A DNA stretch of 60,613 nucleotides, from the NCBI GenBank assembly GCA_026706735.1, contig JAPOYD010000087.1, forward strand, positions 1 through 60,613, in the 5' to 3' direction. The stretch's first letter is position 1. Every line of letters begins with the position of its first letter. The translations under genes and the position numbers were made by a program. Under the pieces are notes generated by a model. That model did not search any database. It had not been told where the DNA came from and saw nothing but the letters and a program-made list of their open reading frames with translations. Shown piece by piece: positions 40,657-50,796 of this stretch. This DNA comes from Nitrospinota bacterium (GTDB lineage: Bacteria > UBA8248).

Positions 40657-41360
40657 GCCTTCTCCCCACCCGACGCCGCCCCCGCGTCGTTACCGGATCG
40701 GTGTTGGGCTGTGGGGATCACCCCCTTCAATTGTTCGATGATCGCGCTCACCTTCTTGTAGTTCGTCTTCAAGCTCGCACGGTTGGCGATGAGCCTGGCG
40801 GTCGCGCTGAATATCTCGCGAATCGGCGCTAGCCCGTTGGCCCGCAGCGTTCCGCCGGTGTCCACCAGATCCACAACCAGGTCCGCCACTCCCGTGGCAG
40901 GCGCGATTTCCACGTTGCCGTAGAGACGGATAATCTTGGCCTGAACCCCCATCTGCTCGAAAAACCGGGTGGTGATGGCCGGAAACTTCGTCGCCACGCG
41001 CAGCGAGATTCGTCCGTTCAGGTCCGCCCAGGTCATTCCCTCGGGCGCCGCCACCATGAGGCGGCACGGCGCCACCTTCAAGTCCAGGGGTTCGTATACG
41101 TCGCGCCCCTGTTCGAGCAATACGTCGCGCCCGATGACGCCCAAATCGGCGGCCCCGCGCTCCACGTAGATGGGCACGTCGTGGTTTCTCAGAATCAATA
41201 CCCGGATCCCCGTTTTCGCATCGCGAAGGATGAGCTTTCGGGATTTATCCGATATCGGTTTGGACAATACTCCCGCCTTCACCAGACATTCGGTAGCTTC
41301 GGTGAAGATTCTGCCCTTGGGCAGGGCGATGATCAGTTCTTTTTCCTGGTTCTCTTTCAT
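40653..41360 (-). CDS. hisG: ATP phosphoribosyltransferase, short form
   Basis: IALPKGR, DVPIYVERGAADLGV.G.DVL.E, VATKF, VDLVDTGGTLRANGL; no C-terminal ACT regulatory domain. Confidence 0.95.
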   Translation of the reverse strand: MKENQEKELIIALPKGRIFTEATECLVKAGVLSKPISDKSRKLILRDAKTGIRVLILRNHDVPIYVERGAADLGVIGRDVLLEQGRDVYEPLDLKVAPCRLMVAAPEGMTWADLNGRISLRVATKFPAITTRFFEQMGVQAKIIRLYGNVEIAPATGVADLVVDLVDTGGTLRANGLAPIREIFSATARLIANRASLKTNYKKVSAIIEQLKGVIPTAQHRSGNDAGAASGGEKA

Positions 41361-42625
41361 CACGACTCCACTTCGCGCCGGATATCCGCGCCGAGTTCTC
41401 TCAACCTCTCCTCGAGCCGCTGATATCCCCTGTCGATATGATATACGTTGCGGACGATGGTTTCTCCATCCGCCGCCAGTCCCGCCAGAACGAGCGAGGC
41501 GCTCGCCCTCAAGTCGGTCGCCGTCACCGAAGCGCCGGCGAGATGCGCCACGCCCTCGATGTGCGCCGTCCGGCCGTCGATATGGATCCGCGCGTTCATT
41601 CTGGCAAGCTCGGCGGCGTGCATGAAACGGTTCTCGAAGATGGTCTCCGTGAGCACGCAGGTTCCGCCGGCCAGCGTCATCAGCGCCATGAACTGGGCCT
41701 GTAAATCCGTGGGAAACCCGGGATAGGGCGCCGTCTTCACGTTCACGGGCCGCACGGAGCCGTCGCCGCGCACGCGAATCCAGTCCGCACCTTCCGACAC
41801 CTCGAGACCGGCCTCGCTCAGCTTGAGCGCCAGCGCATGCACCTGCTCCGGCTCGCAATCCGTTATCCTCAAATCCCCACCCGTGATGGCGGCGGCAATC
41901 ATGAGGGTGCCCACCTCGATGCGGTCCGCGGGAACGGCCGCGTCGTAGCCCGCGAGAGAATCCACCCCCTCGATTTCAACCACGGGCGTGCCCGCGCCGC
42001 TCACCCTGGCACCCATCCGGTTCAACAAATCCGCGAGCGCAACCACTTCGGGTTCCAAAGCGGCATTCTCAAGAACGGTGACGCCTTTCGCCAGAGTGGC
42101 CGCCATCATCAGATTCTTCGTGCCCGTCACCGTCGTAAGGTCGAACGAAATCCGCGCTCCGGTAAGTTTCCGGGACCTGGCCTCGATGTAGCCCTGCTCT
42201 ATCTGGATCTCCGCCCCCATGGCGCTCAGGCCCTTCAGGTGCTGATCGATGGGCCTCGCTCCGATGGCGCAGCCGCCCGGAAGGGAGACGCGGGCCGAGC
42301 CGAAGCGCGCCAGCAACGGCCCCAGCACCAGGATGGAGGCCCGCATCGCCTGCACCAGCTCATAGGGCGCGACACCGCCGGTGATGTTCGTGGCGTCCAG
42401 GGAGATGCGCCCGGGTGATTCTTCGCGCGTCTTGACGCCGAATTCGCCCAGAAGCCCCAAAATCGTGTTCGTATCACGCAAGTCCGGAACGCGCCACGCA
42501 TGGCTTACGCCACCTGCCAGGATGGCGGCGGCCAGAATCGGCAAAGAGGCGTTCTTGGAGCCCGACGCCTCGGCCTCGCCGCGCAGCGGCCTGCCTCCCC
42601 GGATACGAAATCGCTCCAAAATCAA
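41360..42625 (-). CDS. murA: UDP-N-acetylglucosamine 1-carboxyvinyltransferase
   Basis: [25 protein letters not shown] (active-site Cys), [22 protein letters not shown]. Confidence 0.98.
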   Translation of the reverse strand: MILERFRIRGGRPLRGEAEASGSKNASLPILAAAILAGGVSHAWRVPDLRDTNTILGLLGEFGVKTREESPGRISLDATNITGGVAPYELVQAMRASILVLGPLLARFGSARVSLPGGCAIGARPIDQHLKGLSAMGAEIQIEQGYIEARSRKLTGARISFDLTTVTGTKNLMMAATLAKGVTVLENAALEPEVVALADLLNRMGARVSGAGTPVVEIEGVDSLAGYDAAVPADRIEVGTLMIAAAITGGDLRITDCEPEQVHALALKLSEAGLEVSEGADWIRVRGDGSVRPVNVKTAPYPGFPTDLQAQFMALMTLAGGTCVLTETIFENRFMHAAELARMNARIHIDGRTAHIEGVAHLAGASVTATDLRASASLVLAGLAADGETIVRNVYHIDRGYQRLEERLRELGADIRREVES

Positions 42626-43512
42626 GCCCTCTTCAGTCCCAAAACCCTCTCGCGCCCGGCGAGGTCTTTATGGCGCCTCGCCGCGCGATAGCTTCCCCGT
42701 TGTACCGACAAAGTCTCCGCTTCCGCCATCTGGCGCGGGTCCATCTCGATCAGCAGGAAACCCCCGCGCACGAGATATCCGGGCGCCTCCTCGATAATGC
42801 GCCGGATGAGGTCCATCCCGTCCACGCCGCCGTCCAGAGCAAGGCGCGGCTCGAACGATGAGACTTCCGGCATCAAGCCATCGAGTTCACCCGTAGCCAC
42901 ATAGGGCGGGTTCGAGGCGATCAGGTCGAACTCTTCTCCCCTGGCGAGCGCTTCGAACAAATCGGAGGCCAGCAAACTCGTTCGACTTTCAAATCCGAGC
43001 CTCTCCGCGTTTCGCCTCGCCACCCCGAGCGCCTTCGGGCAGAGGTCGAGCAAGGTGATGCGCACTTCGTGCAATTCACTCGCAATCGCCAGCCCCACCG
43101 CGCCGCTGCCGCATCCTACGTCGAGTACCTTGCTTTTTCCGCCTTTTCCCAAAAGCGCCGCGGCGCGCTCGACGAGAAGCTCTGATTCGGGCCTTGGAAT
43201 CAGCACGTCGGGCGAGACGAGGAATGAGGTGGACCAGAACTCCCGCTCGCCTGAAATGTAAGCCATCGGTTCGCGGGCCATTCTCCTTTTCGCCAGGGAC
43301 CCGACCCGCGCGAGTTCCTCTGCGGAGACCACTTTTTCAGGATGCGCGTGGAGATGCGCCCCCTCGCAGCCTAATACCATAGCCAGGATGAGCCGCGCAT
43401 CCAGCCCCGGCGAATCCACACCCGCCTCGGCGAACCGTTCTTTCAGACAGGAGAGCAGAGCACGCACTTTTGTTCCGGTTCCGCTTTGCGCCGCAAGAGG
43501 AGGAATGATCAT
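42622..43512 (-). CDS. prmC: Release factor glutamine methyltransferase
   Basis: [41 protein letters not shown]; follows prfA. Confidence 0.95.
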   Translation of the reverse strand: MIIPPLAAQSGTGTKVRALLSCLKERFAEAGVDSPGLDARLILAMVLGCEGAHLHAHPEKVVSAEELARVGSLAKRRMAREPMAYISGEREFWSTSFLVSPDVLIPRPESELLVERAAALLGKGGKSKVLDVGCGSGAVGLAIASELHEVRITLLDLCPKALGVARRNAERLGFESRTSLLASDLFEALARGEEFDLIASNPPYVATGELDGLMPEVSSFEPRLALDGGVDGMDLIRRIIEEAPGYLVRGGFLLIEMDPRQMAEAETLSVQRGSYRAARRHKDLAGRERVLGLKRA

Positions 43513-44600
43513 TCCGCGGGGCGGGCTTCCGTGCTTTCTTCCAGTTCGGCCAGACGCTCCGCCTCGCGGCTTTCGATGACCCGTTTGACCATCTCGTCGA
43601 TCCCTCCCTCCATGAAGCCGGGAAGACCGTGGAGGGTGAGGCCGATGCGGTGATCGGTAATCCTGTCCTGGGGAAAGTTGTAGGTCCTGATCCGCTCGCT
43701 CCTGTCCCCGCTGCCCACGAGGCTCTTGCGCTGCGCGGAACGCTCGGACATCTGCTTCTGGATTTCCATGTCCAGCAGGTGGGCCGAGAGAATCTTCATG
43801 GCCTTGGCGCGGTTCTTGTGCTGGCTCTTCTCGTCCTGACAGGTGACGACGAGGCCGGTGGGCACATGGGTGACCCGAACGGCGGAATCGGTCGTGTTCA
43901 CGCTCTGGCCCCCGGGACCTGAGGAGCGGTAGACGTCGATCCGCAAGTCCTTCTCGCCGATGTCGAGCGCAATCTCGTCCGCTTCGGGCAGCACGGCCAC
44001 CGTGGCGGCGGAGGTGTGGATTCTGCCCTGCGTCTCGGTGACGGGCACCCGCTGAACGCGATGCGTCCCGCTCTCATAGCGCAGGCGGCTGTAGGCGCCC
44101 GCTCCCCTGATGAGCGCGGAGACTTCCTTCAAGCCGCCCAGGTCGCTCTCGCTCTTGCTCAACTCCTCCACCCCCCAGCCCTGGAGTTCGGCGTAGCGCA
44201 CGTACATGCGGTACAAATCGGCCGCGAAGAGCGCGGCCTCCTGCCCGCCCGTACCCGCGCGAACTTCGAGGATGACGTTTTTCTCATCGTTCGGGTCCCT
44301 GGGCAGCAGAAGCCGGCGCAGCCTCTCCTCTACTTCTTCCATCTTCGCGCCCGCGTCCTCGAGTTCCGCCCGGGCGAGTTCGCCCATCTCCGGATCCCCA
44401 TCCTCGAGCAGGACCTTCGCCTCCTCGATGGCGGTTTCGTACCCCCGCCATTCCTCATAGGCCTGGACGACGTGTGAGAGTTCCTTGTGCTCGCGCGCGG
44501 TCTGCTCGAATTTCTTGCGGTCCTTGAGCAGGGCCGGGTCCGAGAGGCGCATCTCCAGCGTCCGGTGTTTTTCGATGATTTGCTCGATTTTTTCGAACAT
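43509..44600 (-). CDS. prfA: Peptide chain release factor 1
   Basis: [18 protein letters not shown] (PxT motif), GPGGQSVN (GGQ), RTYNFPQ; ATG 44600. Confidence 0.98.
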   Translation of the reverse strand: MFEKIEQIIEKHRTLEMRLSDPALLKDRKKFEQTAREHKELSHVVQAYEEWRGYETAIEEAKVLLEDGDPEMGELARAELEDAGAKMEEVEERLRRLLLPRDPNDEKNVILEVRAGTGGQEAALFAADLYRMYVRYAELQGWGVEELSKSESDLGGLKEVSALIRGAGAYSRLRYESGTHRVQRVPVTETQGRIHTSAATVAVLPEADEIALDIGEKDLRIDVYRSSGPGGQSVNTTDSAVRVTHVPTGLVVTCQDEKSQHKNRAKAMKILSAHLLDMEIQKQMSERSAQRKSLVGSGDRSERIRTYNFPQDRITDHRIGLTLHGLPGFMEGGIDEMVKRVIESREAERLAELEESTEARPAE

Positions 44601-44721
44601 GGGGATCAACCGACGGGCAGCGAATGGGGTGGCCCGGAATCGTCCCCGGGTCCACGAATTCGCGTTTGCCGAGGAACCACCGCCCGGGGCGGCCCCCAGG
44701 CAAACACGGAAGGCTCCGTGC

Positions 44722-45408
44722 TTATGAATCCTCGGGCTTCTCGGCTTCTCCGCCCGATTCGGGCGCAGACGATGCGTCGGGTGAAGCATCTTCCGCCGCG
44801 GCGGCCGCCGCATCGGCATCGCTCGGTTCAGGCTCGGCCGGAGCCTCCTCGGCGACGGGTTCCGGGGCAGGCGGAGCATCTTCTTCCACAACAAGCGCCG
44901 CATCGGCATCGCCGGGCTCAGGTTCAGGTGGAGCATCTTCCGCCACAGCGGCCGCTTCCGCCGGTTCGGTCGCAGGCGCAGCATCCTCGTCGGCGAGAGC
45001 TTCGGCCTCTGCGAGTTCCGCTTTTTCCGCCTGGGCGGCCTGCCTGGCGGCGCGCTCCTCGGCCCGCTTCTTCCTGGCCTCTTCCCTGCGCGCCTTCTCT
45101 TCCGCCTCCTTCTCGGCGGCCAGCTTCGCCTCGCGCTCCACGCGGGCCGCCCGCTCCGCCTCGGCGACGGCTTGCTTACGCTTGCGTTTGGAGACCCTCG
45201 CCTCCTTGCCCTCGAACTTCTTGACGAACTTCTCCACGCGGCCCTCGGTATCGACGATGCGCGCCTGCTTTCCAGTGAAGAACGGGTGGCACTGCGAGCA
45301 AACCTCCACGCGTATCTGCTCGCGCGTGGAGAACGTCGTGAATTCGGTGCCGCAACCGCTGCAGGACACCTTGCACTCGAACAACTCGGGATGAATCTCG
45401 GCCTTCAT
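44722..45408 (-). CDS. rpmE: 50S ribosomal protein L31 (Zn type) with long C-terminal extension
   Basis: MKAEIHP...CSGCG...[13 protein letters not shown]...DTEGRVEKF core, then ~155 aa of low-complexity tail; canonical rho-rpmE-prfA position. Confidence 0.92.
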   Translation of the reverse strand: MKAEIHPELFECKVSCSGCGTEFTTFSTREQIRVEVCSQCHPFFTGKQARIVDTEGRVEKFVKKFEGKEARVSKRKRKQAVAEAERAARVEREAKLAAEKEAEEKARREEARKKRAEERAARQAAQAEKAELAEAEALADEDAAPATEPAEAAAVAEDAPPEPEPGDADAALVVEEDAPPAPEPVAEEAPAEPEPSDADAAAAAAEDASPDASSAPESGGEAEKPEDS

Positions 45409-45498
45409 AACCGGACGCTCCAAAATCTCGGGATCCAAACGTCTGAAACAATTCCGTAAAATTCGATAAAAAACGATAAATTGAGGGGGTTTTTCGAT

Positions 45499-45534
45499 AA
45501 AAAAAACGGCCCCTCTCCCCTACGAGGAGAGCGC
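45499..45534 (-). terminator. Possible intrinsic terminator after rho
   Basis: Minus strand CTCTCCTC-GTA-GGGGAGAG hairpin followed by GGGCCG and T8. Confidence 0.45.
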
Positions 45535-45603
45535 TTTATATCGAAACTCCGGCGCCTTGTCTACCCCAAAAAACGGGTAAAAACAAGAAGTTGGGGAAAA
45601 GCG

Positions 45604-46896
45604 TCAGTTGTTCATCGAGGCGAGGAAATCCTCGTTGGTCTTCGTCTCCTGGATTTTCTCGAGCAGAAGCTCCATCGAATCCACCACGCCAAGTGGTTGT
45701 AAAACCTTGCGCAACACCCACACGCGGTTGAGTTCCTGCGGGCTGAGCAGCAATTCCTCTTTTCTCGTGCCGGACTTGTTGATGTCGACCGAAGGGAACA
45801 CGCGCTTGTCGGAGAGTTTCCTGTCGAGGTGCACTTCCATGTTGCCCGTGCCCTTGAACTCCTCGAAAATCACGTCGTCCATCCGGCTGCCCGTCTCCAC
45901 CAGCGCCGTGGCGAGAATGGTCAGGCTGCCGCCCTCCTCCAGGTTCCGCGCCGCGCCGAAGAAACGCTTGGGCCGCTGCAGCGCGTTCGAGTCCACGCCG
46001 CCGGAGAGGACCTTTCCGCTCGGGGAGATGATGGTGTTGTGCGCGCGCGCCAACCGCGTGATGGAATCGAGCAGGATGACGACATCCTGTTTGTGTTCGG
46101 TGAGCCTTTTCGCCTTTTCGATCACCATGTCCGCCACCTGGACGTGGCGAGACGCCGGCTCGTCGAAAGTCGAGCTAATCACTTCCCCGCGCACGGAGCG
46201 CTCCATGTCCGTGACTTCTTCGGGGCGCTCGTCGATAAGCAGAACGATCAGGTGAACTTCCGGGTGGTTCGTCGCGATGCTCTTCGCAATGGACTGAAGC
46301 ATCATCGTCTTGCCGGTTCTGGGCGCTGCGACGATGAGGCCGCGCTGCCCGAAGCCGATCGGCGTCATGAGGTCCAACACGCGCGAACTGACCTCCTCCC
46401 CGGATATTTCGAGCCCTATCCTCCGGTCCGGATACAAGGGGGTGAGGTTATCGAACAGAACCTTGTCCTTGCTTGCCTCGGGTGGTTCGAAATTGATCTT
46501 CTCGACCTTCAAGAGCGCGAAATACCGCTCCCCCTCTTTGGGCTGACGGATTTCACCGCTCACCGTATCGCCGGTGCGAAGATCGAAGCGGCGGATTTGA
46601 CTGGGGGAAACGTAAATATCGTCAGGGCCGGGCAGATAATTGTATGCGGGCGAGCGCAAGAACCCGAACCCGTCCGGCAAAATTTCGAGCACGCCCTCTC
46701 CGGTGATGGTTCCACCGCCGCCGTTGCGATCCTTGTCGGATTGCGCCTCGAGTATCTTGTAAATCAGATCCTGTTTTCTGAGCCCGCTGGCGCTTTCGGC
46801 GCTGAATTCCTTGAGAATCTGGTTGAGTTCTCCAATGGTCTTTTTCTTCAGTTCCGCCAGGTTCAAGCTGCGAGATTTTGTTTCAGTTGTTGCCAT
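45604..46896 (-). CDS. rho: Transcription termination factor Rho
   Basis: [58 protein letters not shown]; ATG 46896 after AGGAGAAGGGAG. Confidence 0.98.
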   Translation of the reverse strand: MATTETKSRSLNLAELKKKTIGELNQILKEFSAESASGLRKQDLIYKILEAQSDKDRNGGGGTITGEGVLEILPDGFGFLRSPAYNYLPGPDDIYVSPSQIRRFDLRTGDTVSGEIRQPKEGERYFALLKVEKINFEPPEASKDKVLFDNLTPLYPDRRIGLEISGEEVSSRVLDLMTPIGFGQRGLIVAAPRTGKTMMLQSIAKSIATNHPEVHLIVLLIDERPEEVTDMERSVRGEVISSTFDEPASRHVQVADMVIEKAKRLTEHKQDVVILLDSITRLARAHNTIISPSGKVLSGGVDSNALQRPKRFFGAARNLEEGGSLTILATALVETGSRMDDVIFEEFKGTGNMEVHLDRKLSDKRVFPSVDINKSGTRKEELLLSPQELNRVWVLRKVLQPLGVVDSMELLLEKIQETKTNEDFLASMNN

Positions 46897-47307
46897 AACT
46901 CCCTTCTCCTTGGTTAGGTGGGAACCTTTTACCGCCTGGAACGTGAGATGATGCCTTCTGGTCGCACCACTCGCCACATTCTGCGCGGGGAGACTTTTCC
47001 TCCTAGCCTCAAGCGGTAAAGTTGATGAAATGAAATTCCTTCATGTCTGATTCAAAAGCAGGTTCTCATCGCCGGGTGCGATGCGAAGCGCGCATCTGGT
47101 GTTTTTCAGAGCCAATCATGGGCGCGCGCATAAACCCATATTTGGAAACGTATTCATCCAAGGACAGAAATATGACTGAGGATCCTTATATTTCTCACAA
47201 GACAAGTTTTCTTTTAATCTAAAGTTCCAAAACGTTGCGCATCAGATGGTGTTTGAAGTTCAGGGCGACGAAAACTTATCAGGAATAGAATTCACAAGTG
47301 TTTCAAA

Positions 47308-47336
47308 AAAATAATCAGTTCAAGCAGATTTGTCAA
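47308..47336 (-). promoter_or_regulatory. Sigma70 promoter of rho (gives a ~400-nt leader)
   Basis: TTGACA (47336-47331), 17 bp, TATTTT (47313-47308). Confidence 0.62.
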
Positions 47337-47347
47337 CACTTTTTATT

Positions 47348-47989
47348 TCATTTCCTCGAAAGTACTTTCTTCAACTCCTCTACCTGCTTTCGGGTATCAT
47401 CGATCGAGCCGCGATTGTCAATCACGTGGTTCGCATATTTTACTTTTTCCGAAAGAGGCATCTGCGCATTGACGCGCCTGACGGCTTCCTCTTCATTCAT
47501 CGCGTTACGGTGACGCAATCGGCTGATCTGCTGAGATTCATCACAATCGACAACCACTATCGAGTCGAATCGCTTCCAACTCCCGGACTCGATCATGACG
47601 GCGGCGTCCACAATCGCGACTGGCGTTCGTCCCTCCCGCTCGAGGTCTCTCAGCCGCCTGTCCTGCTCCGCTATGATTTCAGGGTGCAGAATACTCTCCA
47701 GAACTTTCTTTTTCGCCGGATCGGAAAAAACGATCTCCCCGAGTCTGGCCCGGTTCAAGTTCTTCTCATCGGTGAGGACTTCTTCACCAAAAGCATCGAC
47801 AATCACCTCGAGAGCGCGAGACCCGGGAGCAACCACCTCGCGCGCGATGACGTCCGCGTCGATTACCGGAACGCCCAGATCCGTGAACATCCGGCTCACA
47901 GTGGATTTTCCGCTGGCGATTCCCCCGGTCAGGCCAACCTTGCGCACGTCACCGTTTTCCGCTTTTCGGGAAGCACCATATGAAGACAT
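47348..47989 (-). CDS. coaE: Dephospho-CoA kinase
   Basis: VGLTGGIASGKSTV, IDADVIAREVV, ILHP, R..AQM, IDNRG; homology begins at GTG 47947. Confidence 0.96.
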   Translation of the reverse strand: MSSYGASRKAENGDVRKVGLTGGIASGKSTVSRMFTDLGVPVIDADVIAREVVAPGSRALEVIVDAFGEEVLTDEKNLNRARLGEIVFSDPAKKKVLESILHPEIIAEQDRRLRDLEREGRTPVAIVDAAVMIESGSWKRFDSIVVVDCDESQQISRLRHRNAMNEEEAVRRVNAQMPLSEKVKYANHVIDNRGSIDDTRKQVEELKKVLSRK

Positions 47990-48001
47990 CAGTCAAGGAG
48001 A

Positions 48002-48277
48002 TTAAATTCCCCGTCGTTTGGCCTCTTGATCATAATGCTTGTTGAAGAGTATCTCCCAGTCACGACTTCCCTCCACCAGCCTGCTGGAATACGTGCTCAA
48101 AATTCTTCGCACCTCTTCTTCTATCTCATCATCAATGATCAACTCATTGCTTATGGCGCGCAGTACATTCATGCGCAATTCCTGGGGCTCGACCAGAAAA
48201 TCCACATCCTCGCACTCTTCCATATCCTTGACGACCAGATTCGTCAGATGATTGATTTTCTCGCGGCTGAGCTTCAT
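48002..48277 (-). CDS. DUF507 family protein
   Basis: MKLSREKINHL...IEEEVRRIL; 91-aa paralog of the adjacent ORF; GGAGAG RBS. Confidence 0.75.
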   Translation of the reverse strand: MKLSREKINHLTNLVVKDMEECEDVDFLVEPQELRMNVLRAISNELIIDDEIEEEVRRILSTYSSRLVEGSRDWEILFNKHYDQEAKRRGI

Positions 48278-48327
48278 GACCGCGCTCTCCTTGTATACAA
48301 AATGATCTGAAAAACTTCTTCATGCCG

Positions 48328-48609
48328 CTAAAGCACGAGGTTCCGCTCGCGCGCCAGCTTTGTTTTCACCATCGTAAACATCCGGCTGTAGTCCACATTG
48401 CCCCTGTCCATTTCATCTTCGAAATCCCGCAGGATTTCCTTGACTTCGTCGTTGAGGCGATCCTCGACCATCAAGTCCGCCTCGATGACGTGCGCAATCC
48501 GTGTCCGGAGCACTTCCTGATTCGAATCCTCGGATATCAGTTCACGGCGGTTCAGCCTCTCGACGATCTTGTTGGCGATTCGCTCAATCATCTCTTTTCT
48601 CAATCTCAT
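48328..48609 (-). CDS. DUF507 family protein
   Basis: MRLRKEMIERIA...EDRLNDEVKEIL...DYSRMF.MVK.KLARER, a typical DUF507 pattern. Confidence 0.8.
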   Translation of the reverse strand: MRLRKEMIERIANKIVERLNRRELISEDSNQEVLRTRIAHVIEADLMVEDRLNDEVKEILRDFEDEMDRGNVDYSRMFTMVKTKLARERNLVL

Positions 48610-48632
48610 ATCAGGCCCTCCTCAACAATTTA

Positions 48633-49700
48633 TCAGGCCAGATTGGCTGCTTTTCTTCCGCGGCGGCCCTTGCGGTACTTCTTCAAGGCGGCTTCCAGAT
48701 CCTGAGCGAACGCATCGCGCAATTCGGCCGGAGCCATCAACTCCGCTTCCTGACCGAAAGACATCAGCCATCGTCTGAAACCCCATATATCACTTACCCG
48801 AACCATAATGTCCCGACTCGATTTGCTCGATTTTTTCAGATGCTCCGCTTCGCCGAATGCTTCTTTCATGAAGGCGACAACCGCATGAAGCGCCACATCC
48901 TTCCCAAATCGAACCCTCACATTCAAACCATTATTCATCGCTTCGCGCAAGCACTCGGCCAGCAAAGCCTTCAAATCCAGTCCCAGCGGCATCTGAAAAG
49001 CCCCGGCCATAATTCGAACGCTTTCTATACCCTCCAGATGCCAGACGCCCAAGGCGTTTTTTTCCGATTCCCGCGCCAGCAGATGATAATTCCCACCTTC
49101 AAAATGCAGGAGGTAAGGGTCTATCTTCCACCAGCGTTTTCGAATCTCGCCTGCACGGGCCGCCAGAATCCGCGCGGGTTTTCCTTTTGCTATCGCCTCG
49201 AGCAAAGCGGAGCCCACCCTGCGCTGCCGTCCATGCTCCCTGAGCGCTCCCACGACCCCGGCGTAGCGCGGCTCCACTCCCTCCGCATATGCGCGTAAAG
49301 CCGCAGGAATGTAACTCCGCAGCCGGCTCAAGACACCGGAGATGCTGTCGTTAAACGATTCCTCCTTCAATGGGCTGCTCGGCAAATCCCGCAACATGCA
49401 CAGGGCGTAATACAATGACGCCCATTGAGAAGGCAAAAACGGCTCCGGGACCGAATTCACATATTCTCTCAATAAACGATACCTCATCTTTCGGCCCGCG
49501 CGAACCCTCTCCAGCGGGAATCCCGCCTTCATCAAATGCGAAATATCCCGCTGAAGCGTTCTCAAACTCCACGTCTGGCCGTCGCCTCCGGCCGCCTCTT
49601 CGCTCAAAAGCGCAAGGAGTTCCTCATAAGACCAGCTTTCTCCGCTCTCCAAGGCCCTGAGAAGCCGCCAGCGGCGTATGAATTGATCCTGAAGCGCCAT
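48633..49700 (-). CDS. HTH-WYL-WCX transcriptional regulator (PafB/PafC/YafY-like), degenerate WYL
   Basis: wHTH SLRTLQRDISHL..AGFPL...YRL; WYL-like LLEAIAKGK...IDPYLL; WCX WLMSFGQEAELMAPAELR; ATG 49700. Confidence 0.85.
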   Translation of the reverse strand: MALQDQFIRRWRLLRALESGESWSYEELLALLSEEAAGGDGQTWSLRTLQRDISHLMKAGFPLERVRAGRKMRYRLLREYVNSVPEPFLPSQWASLYYALCMLRDLPSSPLKEESFNDSISGVLSRLRSYIPAALRAYAEGVEPRYAGVVGALREHGRQRRVGSALLEAIAKGKPARILAARAGEIRKRWWKIDPYLLHFEGGNYHLLARESEKNALGVWHLEGIESVRIMAGAFQMPLGLDLKALLAECLREAMNNGLNVRVRFGKDVALHAVVAFMKEAFGEAEHLKKSSKSSRDIMVRVSDIWGFRRWLMSFGQEAELMAPAELRDAFAQDLEAALKKYRKGRRGRKAANLA

Positions 49701-49710
49701 ATGGCGTTCC

Positions 49711-50586
49711 TTATGTTGTCGTCCTCCGGGTTTTCGCCCGTTTCGATAACTCAAGCAATAAACGCAAAGGCTGTGAGAATCTTCCCAATCTATCACGCCC
49801 GTGAGGGACGCCATGGCAATCGGAACCTCCCAAACATAAAAGCCCGTGTTCTTCCGCCATTTTCCGGTAACGGCGCTGCGCATCCGCGTCTTGGGAGGGA
49901 TGTTCCACCTCGATACCTGCGAGTCCCGCTTCGGCCAACTGCGGAATGATTTCATCACACTCGCTCAACAACGGATGCGCGAGGGTGGCGACCCCGCCGG
50001 CGTCATGAATGAGTTCGAGCGCGTCAAAAGGAGTGAGTATGTTCAGCTCCACGTAGCAAGGCGCGCTTTCACCGATGTATTTCTCAAAAACCTCCTCGCG
50101 CGATTTGGCGAGCCCTTTCCCGAGCATATACGCCCCCAACTGGCCCCGGGTGATGCTCGGGCTATCTGCGTAGGCGGCGAAAAAATCCTCCTTGTCCAAA
50201 CGCAGGCCGGAGTGGTTGAGTCGATCGATTATCTCACCCATCCTCTCCACCCTGCTGGAGCCACGCGTCTCGATTTGCTCCATGAGACGAGGCGCGTCCT
50301 CCTGTATGAAATGGCCGAGAACGTGCACGCTCCGGTCAAGATAAACGCAGGAGAATTCGATGCCCGGAATAAATTCCATTCCCAGCCTTTTCGCCTCCGC
50401 GCTTGCGCGCGGCAAACCTGCGACCGTGTCGTGATCCGTGAGCGATATGGCATGAACCCCGGCGCGTTTCGCCCGTTGGATGAGCTTTTCGGGAGAATAC
50501 AAACCATCGGACATGTTTGAATGAGTGTGAAACTCCACGACCTTTTCATCCAGGGAGATGCCATTGAAGTGGAAGTCATGCGACAT
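49711..50586 (-). CDS. PHP-domain hydrolase (TrpH/YciV family)
   Basis: HTHSNMSDG, LTDHDT, GIEFS, VHVLG, LAHP, GIEV.H, GGSDCHG metal-binding motifs. Confidence 0.92.
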   Translation of the reverse strand: MSHDFHFNGISLDEKVVEFHTHSNMSDGLYSPEKLIQRAKRAGVHAISLTDHDTVAGLPRASAEAKRLGMEFIPGIEFSCVYLDRSVHVLGHFIQEDAPRLMEQIETRGSSRVERMGEIIDRLNHSGLRLDKEDFFAAYADSPSITRGQLGAYMLGKGLAKSREEVFEKYIGESAPCYVELNILTPFDALELIHDAGGVATLAHPLLSECDEIIPQLAEAGLAGIEVEHPSQDADAQRRYRKMAEEHGLLCLGGSDCHGVPHGRDRLGRFSQPLRLLLELSKRAKTRRTTT

Positions 50587-50641
50587 GTATTCAGATTCCT
50601 GGATGCGAGTGAAACGCCGGGCCGTCGCCCGACTCGATGGA

Positions 50642-50716
<75 letters not shown>

Positions 50717-50726
50717 CTACATACGA

Positions 50727-50756
50727 ACGATAGGGCCATGTCGTCGATAGTGTCAA
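50727..50756 (-). promoter_or_regulatory. Sigma70 promoter of tRNA-Gly
   Basis: TTGACA (50756-50751), 18 bp, TATCGT (50732-50727), ending 10 bp before the tRNA. Confidence 0.68.
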
Positions 50757-50796
50757 GGAAATGGAAGGTAAAATAATGCAATCGGTGAACGCCTCG

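Noticed and set aside
41360-42625. Fosfomycin-resistant MurA variant
   Set aside because: The active-site Cys is retained (LPGGCAIG).
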